Source: a virus
Taxonomy: Duplodnaviria > Caudoviricetes
DNA: 37,642 nucleotides
Virus record (IMG/VR): IMGVR_UViG_3300026543_000013
Span: 1-37,642 of that record
Reading direction: 5' to 3' (one strand)
This document shows positions 5,913 through 15,592 of the stretch, piece after piece. Each line of letters starts with the position of its first letter. Positions within the stretch are counted from its first letter, which is position 1. Under the pieces are notes generated by a model. That model was given only the letters and a program-made list of their open reading frames with translations. It made no database searches and had not been told where the DNA came from. The translations under genes were made by a program, and so were the position numbers.

Positions 5913-8900
5913 ATGGCCTTAAAATTCCTTATACTCAGTGACAGCCAACTAACAAGCACTGGCGGTCATCTTGAGGCCACCTTTAACACTGACCCCTCAT
6001 GGCTAACGACCACCCCCAGTACTACAGACGTCACTGTAACCAATAACCCCACAGCAGGATTTGTAACCGGCAACGGTGCTAATCCCAGTGATGTCTCTCA
6101 TTTGTGGGGTATTGACGGTGCTGTCGTACAGTTATTAAGGCATCTTGATTCAATCGGTATAACTTCAGAAGATAATGTTAACTATGGTGAGGGAGGTAGT
6201 GGCTGGAGTTCTGCCAGGATAAGAGGCCAGGCAATACGTGATACTCTGATCAATATCCACTATTTTGATTACGTTATTATCGGAACCGGTACCAATCCTG
6301 CTGACACCAAACAAGACGATTCACCTAATTCAGCCGATCCTTATCCAACAACCCTCATCACTGAGCTAATAGATTTAGCCTTTGAGTTCAATCCCAAGGG
6401 CGTTTTCCTCTGGACTACTCCCCCCAAAAACAACAACCCAACTTATGATCCCTTACGCAATGGCAATGACACCAGTTGGCGGGATTATGTTGAAGGTGTT
6501 GGGGCCTTTGAAGAAAGTTTCCAAGACACGTACAAGCGGTTAACCGTTTTTGATGCCTATAACGTAATGGGAGGCAGAACATTAAACCCCTCTTTATGGG
6601 CTGATACTACCCATATGAACAACGCAGGGCACACGTTAATTGCTGACAATTCACTAATCCCTGACTTTCTCGCTTATCAAGATAAATATGCTGCCACCGT
6701 CGGAGCGAATGGGGTATACGGGTTCAAGCCTACCGTCCTGAGAGATGTTGTTGTTATGGGCGTGCTTGAGAATGCGATTAACTTTCAAGTCGGACAGGTA
6801 GTAACCGCTAATTCTATCCATCAATCCCTCATCGCTGATGGTAAGACCCGAATCAATGCGATTAACGCGAGCGTACAGGTCATCAATGGAGCGACCGGAG
6901 ATTTTAAGTTATACTTATACAAGCAGACAGGACACGGCTCAGAGCCCGACACAGAGCCAACAACCCAGTTAATAGCGTCCACAACCTTTACAGTGACGCA
7001 AGACTTGACGAATTTTTCACATATTCGTTATGCTATTCCAGGTGGTTATTTACCGGCAGCGGGTGAGGTGGTTGTAGCAGCGGTAGAGAATGCATCAGGA
7101 TCAATACAGGTAATACAGATAACAGGCGTTCCCGATGCGGGTAATTGGAGAAACACAGGCGGGGCTGATGCTAGCTGGGGAACAACAGGTGTATCAGATT
7201 TCACTAGCCGCTTTGAATACGGCACTTGGTTTGAAAAAGAGGAAGCAGGTATGGCAACCGATGATATAAAAACGGCCAAATTTCAGGTCGCTATGAATGG
7301 ATCACTAGGCGACGGATTAAACCAGAGCTACACAAAGGCCGGTATATCATGGACACCTAAAGCCGCTTACATAATCGTTTCACAAGGTTCAGTCGATGCT
7401 ACTGCTGCCGCAGGAATGTCTATGTGCGGTGGTATTTCGGACGGTACAACCCAGGCCGTGATGGGTACGAGCAGCGAGGATGATGTAGCCTCGACTAATG
7501 TCTTCCGCTACAGCGCATCAGATAGAGTTATTGCCTTACTAGACCCCACAGACAATACGCACGCAACCCGCTCAAGTGAGTGGGAGTTTAACGCTTTTGT
7601 ACCGGGAGGAGTCAGTCTTACCCAGAGGGCCACGGGTGGTATCAATGCGATAGCCACTATTATCCTATTCGGTGGTGCTGATTTAGAGGTCGAGGCATTA
7701 ATATTAGATTTAGGCAATGTTCAGACCGCTATTACTCATACAACATCTTTTGAACCCACCTTCATACTGCCCATTTCAAACGGTAGTAATGTGGATAATT
7801 CGGGAGCTGTGGATAACTTGGGGATAGGTTTAGGCGCTGTGACCAATGATGGTGCAGGTACTATCGTTCAAATGACGCTAGGAAGCTCAGGATCAAACGG
7901 TAGCGGTGCGGGTAGTGCTGCGCAACGTGTCCAAACTGATAACGCATCCATGCAAGTTAACTCGAATAACGGTAACGCCACCTCATTAACCGCTTTTTCT
8001 AACTTCACCTCCGTCAGTTTCGATACCACTTCAAATTTTAATATGGGCAATGATGATTTACTTGTCTTAGCTATGCGAACCGGTGACGCTCAAACATGGG
8101 CAGGACAGATCAACACCCCAACAGCAGGAGAAATAACAGCTGATGGCGGTTGGTTAATCACTGACCCAGGCTTTAAGCCTCAATTATTTGGTTTAAATAC
8201 CTCAATGGCTACCGCAACAAACACACCGGATATATCGGCCACAGCGGGAACTTTTGGGTTTTCAGTGTTTGAGGATGGAGAATCGGTATCCGTCCAGATT
8301 AGGACAGAAGTGGGTGCCACTCAAATAGTTAGCGAATCCCTCTCCACAGACGATGCTTTCTTTTTAACCGATGATGACGGTGTGACGACTTTTAACGCCA
8401 CTAACCCACAAATGCAGCCAACGGGCGCTTTAATCGCTACTGCCGATATAACATTAATGGACGCCACCCCCCGAAGATTGACAGGGTGGGCTATTGAATC
8501 AATTGTATCTCTTGGCCCTCCTACACTCACAGCAGAATACAATGATCAATTTAACGATGTAGGGGACACCCCCAGCGTTGATATAAGTACGAATATTGCC
8601 GGCGGCACTTCATTCAGCGCAGAAGGACTGCCCCCTTCTCTATCGATTAATGCGAGCACAGGGGTTATTACGGGCACTCTAGGCCAGGATGGCAACTTCC
8701 CGGTGACTATCAACGCTCAGAACAGTATCGGTGTTTTGCTCCCTCCCGCCCAATTCAGATGGTATGTCGGAGCCCAGGCAGGCATGTTTGAAAAGCTTGA
8801 ACAAGTAGGATCGAATGGATTCATGTACGCCTATAACGAGCAAGGCAGAACAATAGCCCAGATGAACGCGGCATTCTTCTCTAATCGCTATGTTGTGAGC

Positions 8901-9020
8901 GTATTAAAAACCGACGATTATCTACAAGTTACTGGATCAGATGGCACTAAGATTTATCAAGTAACCGTAACCCCTGAAACAAGAACGGTAGCCCTTACGC
9001 TATCATTGACTTTCGCATGA
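5913..9020 (+). CDS. large virion-associated protein: SGNH/GDSL hydrolase + beta-rich domains + Ig-like (He_PIG) domain
   Basis: SDS (block I), GEGGS (II), GTN (III), DTTH (V); C-terminal FSAEGLPPSLSINASTGVITGT. Confidence 0.8.
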   Translation: MALKFLILSDSQLTSTGGHLEATFNTDPSWLTTTPSTTDVTVTNNPTAGFVTGNGANPSDVSHLWGIDGAVVQLLRHLDSIGITSEDNVNYGEGGSGWSSARIRGQAIRDTLINIHYFDYVIIGTGTNPADTKQDDSPNSADPYPTTLITELIDLAFEFNPKGVFLWTTPPKNNNPTYDPLRNGNDTSWRDYVEGVGAFEESFQDTYKRLTVFDAYNVMGGRTLNPSLWADTTHMNNAGHTLIADNSLIPDFLAYQDKYAATVGANGVYGFKPTVLRDVVVMGVLENAINFQVGQVVTANSIHQSLIADGKTRINAINASVQVINGATGDFKLYLYKQTGHGSEPDTEPTTQLIASTTFTVTQDLTNFSHIRYAIPGGYLPAAGEVVVAAVENASGSIQVIQITGVPDAGNWRNTGGADASWGTTGVSDFTSRFEYGTWFEKEEAGMATDDIKTAKFQVAMNGSLGDGLNQSYTKAGISWTPKAAYIIVSQGSVDATAAAGMSMCGGISDGTTQAVMGTSSEDDVASTNVFRYSASDRVIALLDPTDNTHATRSSEWEFNAFVPGGVSLTQRATGGINAIATIILFGGADLEVEALILDLGNVQTAITHTTSFEPTFILPISNGSNVDNSGAVDNLGIGLGAVTNDGAGTIVQMTLGSSGSNGSGAGSAAQRVQTDNASMQVNSNNGNATSLTAFSNFTSVSFDTTSNFNMGNDDLLVLAMRTGDAQTWAGQINTPTAGEITADGGWLITDPGFKPQLFGLNTSMATATNTPDISATAGTFGFSVFEDGESVSVQIRTEVGATQIVSESLSTDDAFFLTDDDGVTTFNATNPQMQPTGALIATADITLMDATPRRLTGWAIESIVSLGPPTLTAEYNDQFNDVGDTPSVDISTNIAGGTSFSAEGLPPSLSINASTGVITGTLGQDGNFPVTINAQNSIGVLLPPAQFRWYVGAQAGMFEKLEQVGSNGFMYAYNEQGRTIAQMNAAFFSNRYVVSVLKTDDYLQVTGSDGTKIYQVTVTPETRTVALTLSLTFA

Positions 9021-9304
9021 CTCCAGACGAGATAAACGAATTAGTAGACGATTGCATCGATCATTTATGCGACGATAACCCCGCCTATGGCGCAGGGTCT
9101 TTAGCTGAATTAGCGAGACTATGGGCAAAGGCAGGATTAACCCAACAATCCTTTATGGATATGCGCCAATACATTATCAATAGCTCCATTGAAAGATTAG
9201 GGACATCAGCTACCGCTTTTATCCACACTAAGTTACAATTAGCCGAACAAGATTTAATGAAAGAACGCCGTAAGAGCGCTCATTCCAATATAATTATTCA
9301 CTAG
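9017..9304 (+). CDS. hypothetical protein
   Basis: ATGA coupling. Confidence 0.7.
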   Translation: MTPDEINELVDDCIDHLCDDNPAYGAGSLAELARLWAKAGLTQQSFMDMRQYIINSSIERLGTSATAFIHTKLQLAEQDLMKERRKSAHSNIIIH

Positions 9305-9316
9305 TGGAGATTAACA

Positions 9317-9580
9317 ATGCCAGGCCCCAAACCTAAAGCATCCCAAGAAGCCCTTGAAGCACTCTCAAAGCGATTCGATGAACTAGCCCAATCTCTCAAC
9401 GTCCCCGCTATCGGTGGCGCCAATGACCTGTTAACTCAGCTCAACAAGCTCCAAACACTTGTTCTAAGAATGGCTCACAACACAGGAACAGCCTCATCAA
9501 TCATCCGAGAGGCAGGCCTGGAGCCCTTTGTGCCCGGTAAGAAAGATATGTCAAAGTTTCACAATATGGCTAATGGGTGA
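9317..9580 (+). CDS. hypothetical protein
   Basis: GGAGA RBS. Confidence 0.7.
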   Translation: MPGPKPKASQEALEALSKRFDELAQSLNVPAIGGANDLLTQLNKLQTLVLRMAHNTGTASSIIREAGLEPFVPGKKDMSKFHNMANG

Positions 9581-9583
9581 TTT

Positions 9584-9745
9584 ATGAGATGGATTCTATT
9601 ACCCGTTAAGCTGCCCCTTGTTGCAATTGGCTTAATATTGTCACCAATGCTAGCAACAATATCTTATTGTGCTAGCGCTTCACCGGAAATCACATGGGAT
9701 GAGTATTTCGCCATGTCGGTAAAGAAGTGCATAAATATTATCTAG
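9584..9745 (+). CDS. small membrane protein (53 aa; not in ORF track)
   Basis: MRWILLPVKLPLVAIGLILSPML hydrophobic N-terminus; tight packing. Confidence 0.55.
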   Translation: MRWILLPVKLPLVAIGLILSPMLATISYCASASPEITWDEYFAMSVKKCINII

Positions 9746-9757
9746 GAGGCAATAACC

Positions 9758-9844
9758 ATGCCAGCACATACACCTAAAGAGAAAGCTAAACCCATCAGCA
9801 AGCCTAAACGCAAGTCCTTATTGCATAAGCCAAAGGGGAAGTAA
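9758..9844 (+). CDS. 28-aa Lys-rich peptide (MPAHTPKEKAKPISKPKRKSLLHKPKGK)
   Basis: Strong AGGAGG RBS. Confidence 0.55.
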   Translation: MPAHTPKEKAKPISKPKRKSLLHKPKGK

Positions 9845-9975
9845 TGATTAAGGTTATATTATCGATGATGTTCGCTATCGGCTTTATTGCTGTTTGCCAG
9901 GTTATCGGAGAGGGAGCAGTTAACCTAAATACCATAATGGGTTAACTAATCTATATCAATATTTATCAATATACT

Positions 9976-9988
9976 TATCAAATGGTTA
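9976..9988 (+). promoter_or_regulatory. IHF consensus / candidate packaging-site element upstream of terS
   Basis: TATCAAatggTTA, preceded by two more TATCAA copies. Confidence 0.5.
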
Positions 9989-10000
9989 CAGAGTAAAGTA

Positions 10001-10249
10001 ATGGCTAGGAACAACCGTATAGTGTGTGACGAGAATACAAGGAAGAAAATTAAGGCAGGTATGCTCATTAAAAAGCTTACAGATCATGTAGTTGACGGGG
10101 TGGAAATGACGGCAACCCAAGTCACCGCTGCTCTAGGGCTTTTAAAGAAGTCTTTGCCCGATCTAAAGCAGATAGAAGTGGAGGGTCAGATCGATTCCAG
10201 GACTACATTAATCGTTAAGGATTTAACCGGTGCCAATCCTAGAGATTAG
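10001..10249 (+). CDS. terS: terminase small subunit (putative)
   Basis: Directly upstream of TerL; TRKKI..LIKKL...ALGLLKKSLPDLKQIE pattern. Confidence 0.7.
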   Translation: MARNNRIVCDENTRKKIKAGMLIKKLTDHVVDGVEMTATQVTAALGLLKKSLPDLKQIEVEGQIDSRTTLIVKDLTGANPRD

Positions 10250-11684
10250 GCAGAAGCCACAAGGCCCAATACTCTCTAATTACTTCTACTCATGGGATAG
10301 AATAGAGTTAATCATGGGGCCACTGGGCTCTGCTAAGACGGTAACGAGCTGTCAAAAGTTAATGCAGGCCATGATTAACCAGGCTCCAAACCCTCAAGGA
10401 ATACGCCCTACCCGCTTCTATGCTATCCGCAACACCTACTCAGACCTATTAACGACTACGGCTAAAGACTGGCTTGAACTCTATCGAGAGCTTGGTACTT
10501 ATGCCGAGGGTAGTAAGAAGCCACCTATCCACACTTTAGATTTTGATCTTGAAGACGGTACCACGGTTAACTCCGAGGTAGTCTTTCTCGCATTAGATAG
10601 GCCTGATCACATTAAGAAGCTGAGAGGGTCACAAGTGACAGCGTTTTGGCTGAATGAGATTAAAGAGCTACATAAGGCTGTAGTCGATATGGCTGATTTA
10701 AGGCATGGTCGATACCCTTCAATGGCTGCGGGGGGTGTTAATCCTACTTGGCATGGGATGATTGGAGATACTAACGCGTGTGATGAAGATCACTGGTATT
10801 ACGACTTGGCCGAGAATGTCCACCCTGAAGACTGGAACTTTCACAGACAGCCAGGGGGATTACTACAGGAGGGCGAAGAGTTTGTTGCTAACCCTGCTGC
10901 TGAGAATATCAACAACTTGCCAGAGGGGTACTATACCAGGGGGATGCAAGGTAAGGCCCGGGATTGGATAAAGATCAATCTGTGTAACGAATACGGGTTT
11001 GTGATGGATGGCAAGCCTGTCTATCCTGAATATGTTGATAGTGTTCATTGCATGGATGCTAATTACATACCCAATAGAGAGCTACCTATTATCCTCGGTG
11101 CTGACTTTGGCCGAACTCCTGCTTGTGCGTTACTACAGTTTGATCCTGCAATGGGTCGATATTACGGCTTTGATGAGTTTGTCACTAATGATATGAGCGC
11201 TGTCCTGTTTGCTCCAGAGCTTAAACTGTTCTTAGACCGAGAGTACCCTGGCTTCAAGTTCAATATAGGCTGGGGTGATCCATCCGGTGATCATAAAGGG
11301 CAGGCAACAGAGGACACTCCGCTAAAGATACTGAGGGCACACGGTATCCCCTTTGTAGGCACCACCACCAATAACCCGTTAATACGTCGAGCTTCTATTG
11401 TTAACCCTATGAGGCGGCTGTGTATGGATGGTAAGCCCGCCTTTATGGTCAGTCCAAAGGCTAAGATGTGGCGCAAAGGCTTAGCGGGTGGGTTTTGTTA
11501 TAAGCGTAAACAGATTGCAGGGGATGAGCGATACCACGATGAACCCGATAAGAACGAGTACTCGCATGTTTGTGAGGCTGGGGAGTATGCATTACAAGGT
11601 AGTGGTGAGGGTGCCAAAGCTATTATGCCTGACAATGTGGTAACTACGGTTGTTATCGCTAAATCAGACTTCGATGTATTCTAA
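10230..11684 (+). CDS. terL: terminase large subunit
   Basis: Walker A GPLGSAKT, Walker B FWLNE, coupling motif GDTN, nuclease motifs GADFG, GDPSG, DKNEYSHVCEA. Confidence 0.95.
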   Translation: MPILEIRQKPQGPILSNYFYSWDRIELIMGPLGSAKTVTSCQKLMQAMINQAPNPQGIRPTRFYAIRNTYSDLLTTTAKDWLELYRELGTYAEGSKKPPIHTLDFDLEDGTTVNSEVVFLALDRPDHIKKLRGSQVTAFWLNEIKELHKAVVDMADLRHGRYPSMAAGGVNPTWHGMIGDTNACDEDHWYYDLAENVHPEDWNFHRQPGGLLQEGEEFVANPAAENINNLPEGYYTRGMQGKARDWIKINLCNEYGFVMDGKPVYPEYVDSVHCMDANYIPNRELPIILGADFGRTPACALLQFDPAMGRYYGFDEFVTNDMSAVLFAPELKLFLDREYPGFKFNIGWGDPSGDHKGQATEDTPLKILRAHGIPFVGTTTNNPLIRRASIVNPMRRLCMDGKPAFMVSPKAKMWRKGLAGGFCYKRKQIAGDERYHDEPDKNEYSHVCEAGEYALQGSGEGAKAIMPDNVVTTVVIAKSDFDVF

Positions 11685-12070
11685 TGGATAAGTCCGAACG
11701 CATTACAGAGCATTGGTACATTGTCTTCAAGGGTTCAGGCCTTAATCACTGGCTGTTTAAATATCTACAACCAGGCTTTAAACATTGCTATGCGGTCAAA
11801 GAGAGTGCCGGTGGTCAGTTCTGGATCATTATCAACAGTAAGAACTGCCACACAGACGTTAGAATAGAGTCAAAGGACGAATATCCCCACATTAGAGCCT
11901 TAGAGCCTAATAGCGTTATCCTATCGATTAGGGCTATAATCAATCCAGAAAACTATCGCTATACCTTCTGCGTGTTTAATTGTGTAGAGGTCTGTAAATC
12001 AGTGTTGGGTATTAAAAGCTTTTGGTGCTGGACACCTTACCAACTGTATAAGAGGCTAAATCATGGCTGA
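11684..12070 (+). CDS. conserved protein between terL and portal (possibly permuted papain-like fold)
   Basis: FKHC...NCVEVCK...TPYQLYKRL. Confidence 0.7.
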   Translation: MDKSERITEHWYIVFKGSGLNHWLFKYLQPGFKHCYAVKESAGGQFWIIINSKNCHTDVRIESKDEYPHIRALEPNSVILSIRAIINPENYRYTFCVFNCVEVCKSVLGIKSFWCWTPYQLYKRLNHG

Positions 12071-12377
12071 TGCAATAAAAAAGGCGGGGAAGCAGGGGCT
12101 TATCGGCGCTACTGGCTTTGTTGATCCTAATTTAACCTTTAAGAAAACACTGAGGCAGAAATCCTCACAGCTTGTTGAGCCGCGTAAAGGAACCACAGGC
12201 AGACAGCGACAAGCACAGCAGCTTAACCTACTTCAACTACAGCGAGAGAAGGCCAGGGTAGAAGAGGCTGAGAGTGAGATAGCTTCACGTAGAGGTTTGG
12301 CAGGGTCAAGAGTGGGTCGAAGTTCATTGATTAAGTCAAACCCCACGGGCCTATCACAGAATCTAGGGGGTACGTAG
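12063..12377 (+). CDS. small virion protein preceding portal
   Basis: Ends ...RSSLI...LGG, typical of pre-portal proteins in T7/BPP-1-like phages. Confidence 0.7.
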   Translation: MADAIKKAGKQGLIGATGFVDPNLTFKKTLRQKSSQLVEPRKGTTGRQRQAQQLNLLQLQREKARVEEAESEIASRRGLAGSRVGRSSLIKSNPTGLSQNLGGT

Positions 12378-13963
12378 TGCATAAAATCCCTAAAGGTTTA
12401 GGTGTCATAAAAGACATTATTAAGCGCTTTGATAAGGCTGAGAAGCTTAGGGAGTTCTGGCGCTCTACTCTTCAAGAGGCTTATGAGTACGCATTGCCTC
12501 AGAAAGAAACCTTTACCGTCCGTAGTCCTGGACAGCGTAAGGCTCGACATATCTATGATTCTACAGCCCCAATGGCTATTAAGACCTATGCAGCCCGTAT
12601 TCAATCAGCGCATACACCCCCCTGGCAGCAGTGGATGGATTTTGTTTCTGGTACTGATGTCCCCAAAAAGGAGAGAGAAGCCACTAACCAGAAGCTCGAA
12701 CAAGCTACCGAGATATTCTTTAACCATTTAAACCAATCAGACTTTAGCAACCAATCCAATGAATCCGATCAGGATATGGCCATTAGTACGGGGGCTATGT
12801 TCTTTGAGGAAGGTGATTTACTCGCTAATGAGCCTTTGTTTAAGTTTACGTCTATCCCTTTATCACAGTTATACCTTGAGCCAGGTGAGGGAATAAAGAA
12901 CACCGGTTGGAGAAAGCACGAGGTTAGGGCCCGGGACTTGAAGACTATGTGGCCTGATGCTGAGTTTGGGACAGAATTAACCGAGAAGATAGCGAAGAAA
13001 CCTGATGATAAGGTCGGCATTCTCAACGGCGTATTAAAAGCTGATGGATTGTTTCACCAAGTCGTTATTTATAAAGCAAAGAAAGAATTAATCTTCACGC
13101 AATCCTTCGAAGAATCTCCCTTAATTATCTATCGAGCCAATGTTACTGCAGGTGAGAGCTACGGTAGAGGCCCTGTATTGGATGTGATGGGCGATATTAG
13201 GACAGTTAACAAGGTTAAGGAATATCTGCTTAAGAATGGCGCTTTACAGATGACAGGTGTTTATACAGCTGCCTCTGACAGTACGTTTAATCCTTACACA
13301 GTCAATATTGCACCAGGTTCTATTATCCCGGTAGCCACTAACGACAGCAGAAACCCCTCGTTAAAGCCTTTAGAGAACTCCGGCCGATTGGATGTGGGTC
13401 AGTTAATCATTGAAGACTTGCAAGCTAATATCAATCGCGCCCTATTCGCCAATCCTTTAGGGGAGACAGACGACCCTGTTAAATCAGCTACTGAGCAAAT
13501 GCTACGCAATCAGGAAATGCTTAGGATGTCCGGGTCTAGTTTTGGCCGGTTGAACACTGAGAAGGTCAAACCTATTGTTGAACGGGGTTTGGGTATACTG
13601 TTCCGCAATGGTTTATTGTTCTTGGGTGCAGATGGGGCCAGACGCCCTCTAAAGGTTGATGGTAAGCAAACATCGATCAAGATGCAGTCACCTTTGGCCA
13701 AGGCTGAATCAATTGAGGACTTTCAGAACTTCCAAGTATGGCTATCAACGATGCAAACCCTTGACCCTGCGGTATTGGCTTTAGGTGCACAGGTTGAGAA
13801 CTTCCCCTCCTGGACAGCTGAGAAGCTCGGCTTACCCGCGGGTGAGTTAGTCAGGAGTAAGGAAGAGATTAAACAAGCCTCGGAGCAGGTATTAAGCCAA
13901 CTACAACAACAGAACCCAGGAGAACCCAGTGGTGGAGAAATCGGAGGACAGGCAGGAGGATGA
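12377..13963 (+). CDS. portal (head-tail connector) protein
   Basis: IYDSTA, GESYGRGP and KSATE motifs of T7 gp8/Bbp21-type portals; 528 aa. Confidence 0.93.
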   Translation: MHKIPKGLGVIKDIIKRFDKAEKLREFWRSTLQEAYEYALPQKETFTVRSPGQRKARHIYDSTAPMAIKTYAARIQSAHTPPWQQWMDFVSGTDVPKKEREATNQKLEQATEIFFNHLNQSDFSNQSNESDQDMAISTGAMFFEEGDLLANEPLFKFTSIPLSQLYLEPGEGIKNTGWRKHEVRARDLKTMWPDAEFGTELTEKIAKKPDDKVGILNGVLKADGLFHQVVIYKAKKELIFTQSFEESPLIIYRANVTAGESYGRGPVLDVMGDIRTVNKVKEYLLKNGALQMTGVYTAASDSTFNPYTVNIAPGSIIPVATNDSRNPSLKPLENSGRLDVGQLIIEDLQANINRALFANPLGETDDPVKSATEQMLRNQEMLRMSGSSFGRLNTEKVKPIVERGLGILFRNGLLFLGADGARRPLKVDGKQTSIKMQSPLAKAESIEDFQNFQVWLSTMQTLDPAVLALGAQVENFPSWTAEKLGLPAGELVRSKEEIKQASEQVLSQLQQQNPGEPSGGEIGGQAGG

Positions 13964-14225
13964 TTTAGAATCATTTTTCCTTCAAGGTATTGAGCAGCAA
14001 GAAGTTTTTAAGCAATTAACAGAAGCTAATAACAATTTAATCCACAAGGTGTTTGTACAGAACCCAGCAGGCGTGGAGTTATTAACGAAATGGAAGAACG
14101 ATTTAATTATGCAACCCTCGGTATTACCTCACTTTACGCAGTTTGAGGCAGGGATAGCAGAAGGGGTAAAGGTGTTCATTAGAAACATTATTATACAATC
14201 TGAATCAGTGGAGAAAGACTTATGA
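13929..14225 (+). CDS. Bbp19-like conserved protein
   Basis: VF..PAGVELL...AEG pattern; position between portal and scaffold. Confidence 0.65.
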   Translation: MVEKSEDRQEDDLESFFLQGIEQQEVFKQLTEANNNLIHKVFVQNPAGVELLTKWKNDLIMQPSVLPHFTQFEAGIAEGVKVFIRNIIIQSESVEKDL

Positions 14226-14980
14226 GTGACGAAGAAACAACAGAAAGCACAGAAACAACCAGCGATGCCGATGCGGTAGCCGCGGCAGTCACAGACGATA
14301 GGCCCGATTGGCTGTTAGATCGTTACATGACTGAAGGGCGAAGCATTGCCGATGCTACGTCAGAACAGGCTAAAGGGTATAACGAGATACGCGGTAAGCT
14401 AGGCTCCTTTACCGGGGCTCCTGATGCGTATGAGTTTGTGCTCAATGACCAGTTAAAGGAGAACGGTGTAGAATTAGAAGCCGATAACCCTTTAATTACC
14501 TCATTCACTGAGATGGCTAAAGAGGCGGGTATGTCTCAGGATATGGCTAACAACCTGGTTAACTTGTTTGTCGAGGGTCAATATGCTGACTCCGGTGCCA
14601 ATGAAGAGGCTGAAGTAGCTAGAGTCGGCGAAGAGATGAAGCTATTGGGTGATGATGCCCAACAACGTGTAGATAACATCAGTAAGTGGGCCAGTGTTCA
14701 CCTAACTCCTGAGCAGGTAGAAGGATTGGGTGATGCCACTACGACCGCAGCCGGTGTAAAAGCGGTCGAGGCTTTGATTTCCAAGTCCCGAAATGCATCA
14801 ATGACGAACACCGATGTAGAGCAGGTCAGTTCTATTACACAGTCAGAGCTTGATGAGTTAATGCAGGCTCGGGATGGAAACAACAATCTTAAACGGCAGG
14901 TAGATCCTGAATACAGGAAGATGGTTAGCGAGAAGTTCGCCATACTGTATCCTGGTGAGAACGTGCACACGGTAGGTTAA
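14222..14980 (+). CDS. capsid scaffolding protein
   Basis: Acidic; RPDWL, GAPDAYEF, AKEAGMSQ, DPEYRKMV motifs; position. Confidence 0.85.
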   Translation: MSDEETTESTETTSDADAVAAAVTDDRPDWLLDRYMTEGRSIADATSEQAKGYNEIRGKLGSFTGAPDAYEFVLNDQLKENGVELEADNPLITSFTEMAKEAGMSQDMANNLVNLFVEGQYADSGANEEAEVARVGEEMKLLGDDAQQRVDNISKWASVHLTPEQVEGLGDATTTAAGVKAVEALISKSRNASMTNTDVEQVSSITQSELDELMQARDGNNNLKRQVDPEYRKMVSEKFAILYPGENVHTVG

Positions 14981-14981
14981 T

Positions 14982-15467
14982 ATGGCTTTTACACAAAACA
15001 CCCTTGCTACGGTAGGCGCTCAATCAGCTCCAGCGCCTTCTGTTTATTCTTATTCATCCAATGATAGTTTGGCTACTGTTACCGGTGCTAATTACTTTGC
15101 GGATAAGGAGAATCAATTTAGCGAGGGTGATTGGATATTTACCTTATTGTCAGATGGTCATGCCTTCCTTGAAGTGAGTAGTGATACCGCAACAGTCACG
15201 GTGGTTAACGTCGCTGTGTCTACTGAGCCCGTTGTCCAGCGCTTTACGTCTGGAGGTACGATTAATGCAGCCACTAACCTTGTGTTAAGCACAGGAACCC
15301 ACACTCTCATTATGCCTACCTCGACTCAGGGTATTTTAGAGATTAAGTCTATATCCGGGGTGATTACACTAGATCCTGGTACGAATACGATAGAGGACAG
15401 CGACACGGTATCCACAACCGTTAATCGTCGATTCTACTTAGAGGCTACAGTTTTTAGAGAATTGTAA
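14982..15467 (+). CDS. capsid decoration-like protein with C-terminal extension (paralog of 18225-18491)
   Basis: MAFT...YS.ND..ATVTGANYF shared with the 18225 ORF. Confidence 0.75.
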   Translation: MAFTQNTLATVGAQSAPAPSVYSYSSNDSLATVTGANYFADKENQFSEGDWIFTLLSDGHAFLEVSSDTATVTVVNVAVSTEPVVQRFTSGGTINAATNLVLSTGTHTLIMPTSTQGILEIKSISGVITLDPGTNTIEDSDTVSTTVNRRFYLEATVFREL

Positions 15468-15493
15468 TATACTGAGATAGCACAGCACGTGCT

Positions 15494-15592
15494 AAGCGCG
15501 GGGAGTCCCTCTCCAAGGTAAAGTCTTTTAGACACCTCCCCGCTGCTTATTATTATAGGTCAATAAGACTTATATCTAAATGGGGAGGGTTC
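15494..15592 (+). promoter_or_regulatory. structured leader with anti-SD loops (C4/CI-like)
   Basis: GCGGGGAG/CTCCCCGC stem enclosing CCCTCTCCA, which is complementary to TGGGGAGGG at the RBS. Confidence 0.55.

Noticed and set aside
10314-10340. TerL Walker A variant GPLGSAKT as a sign of inactivation
   Set aside because: The Lys-Thr and all other ATPase and nuclease motifs are intact; likely tolerated variation
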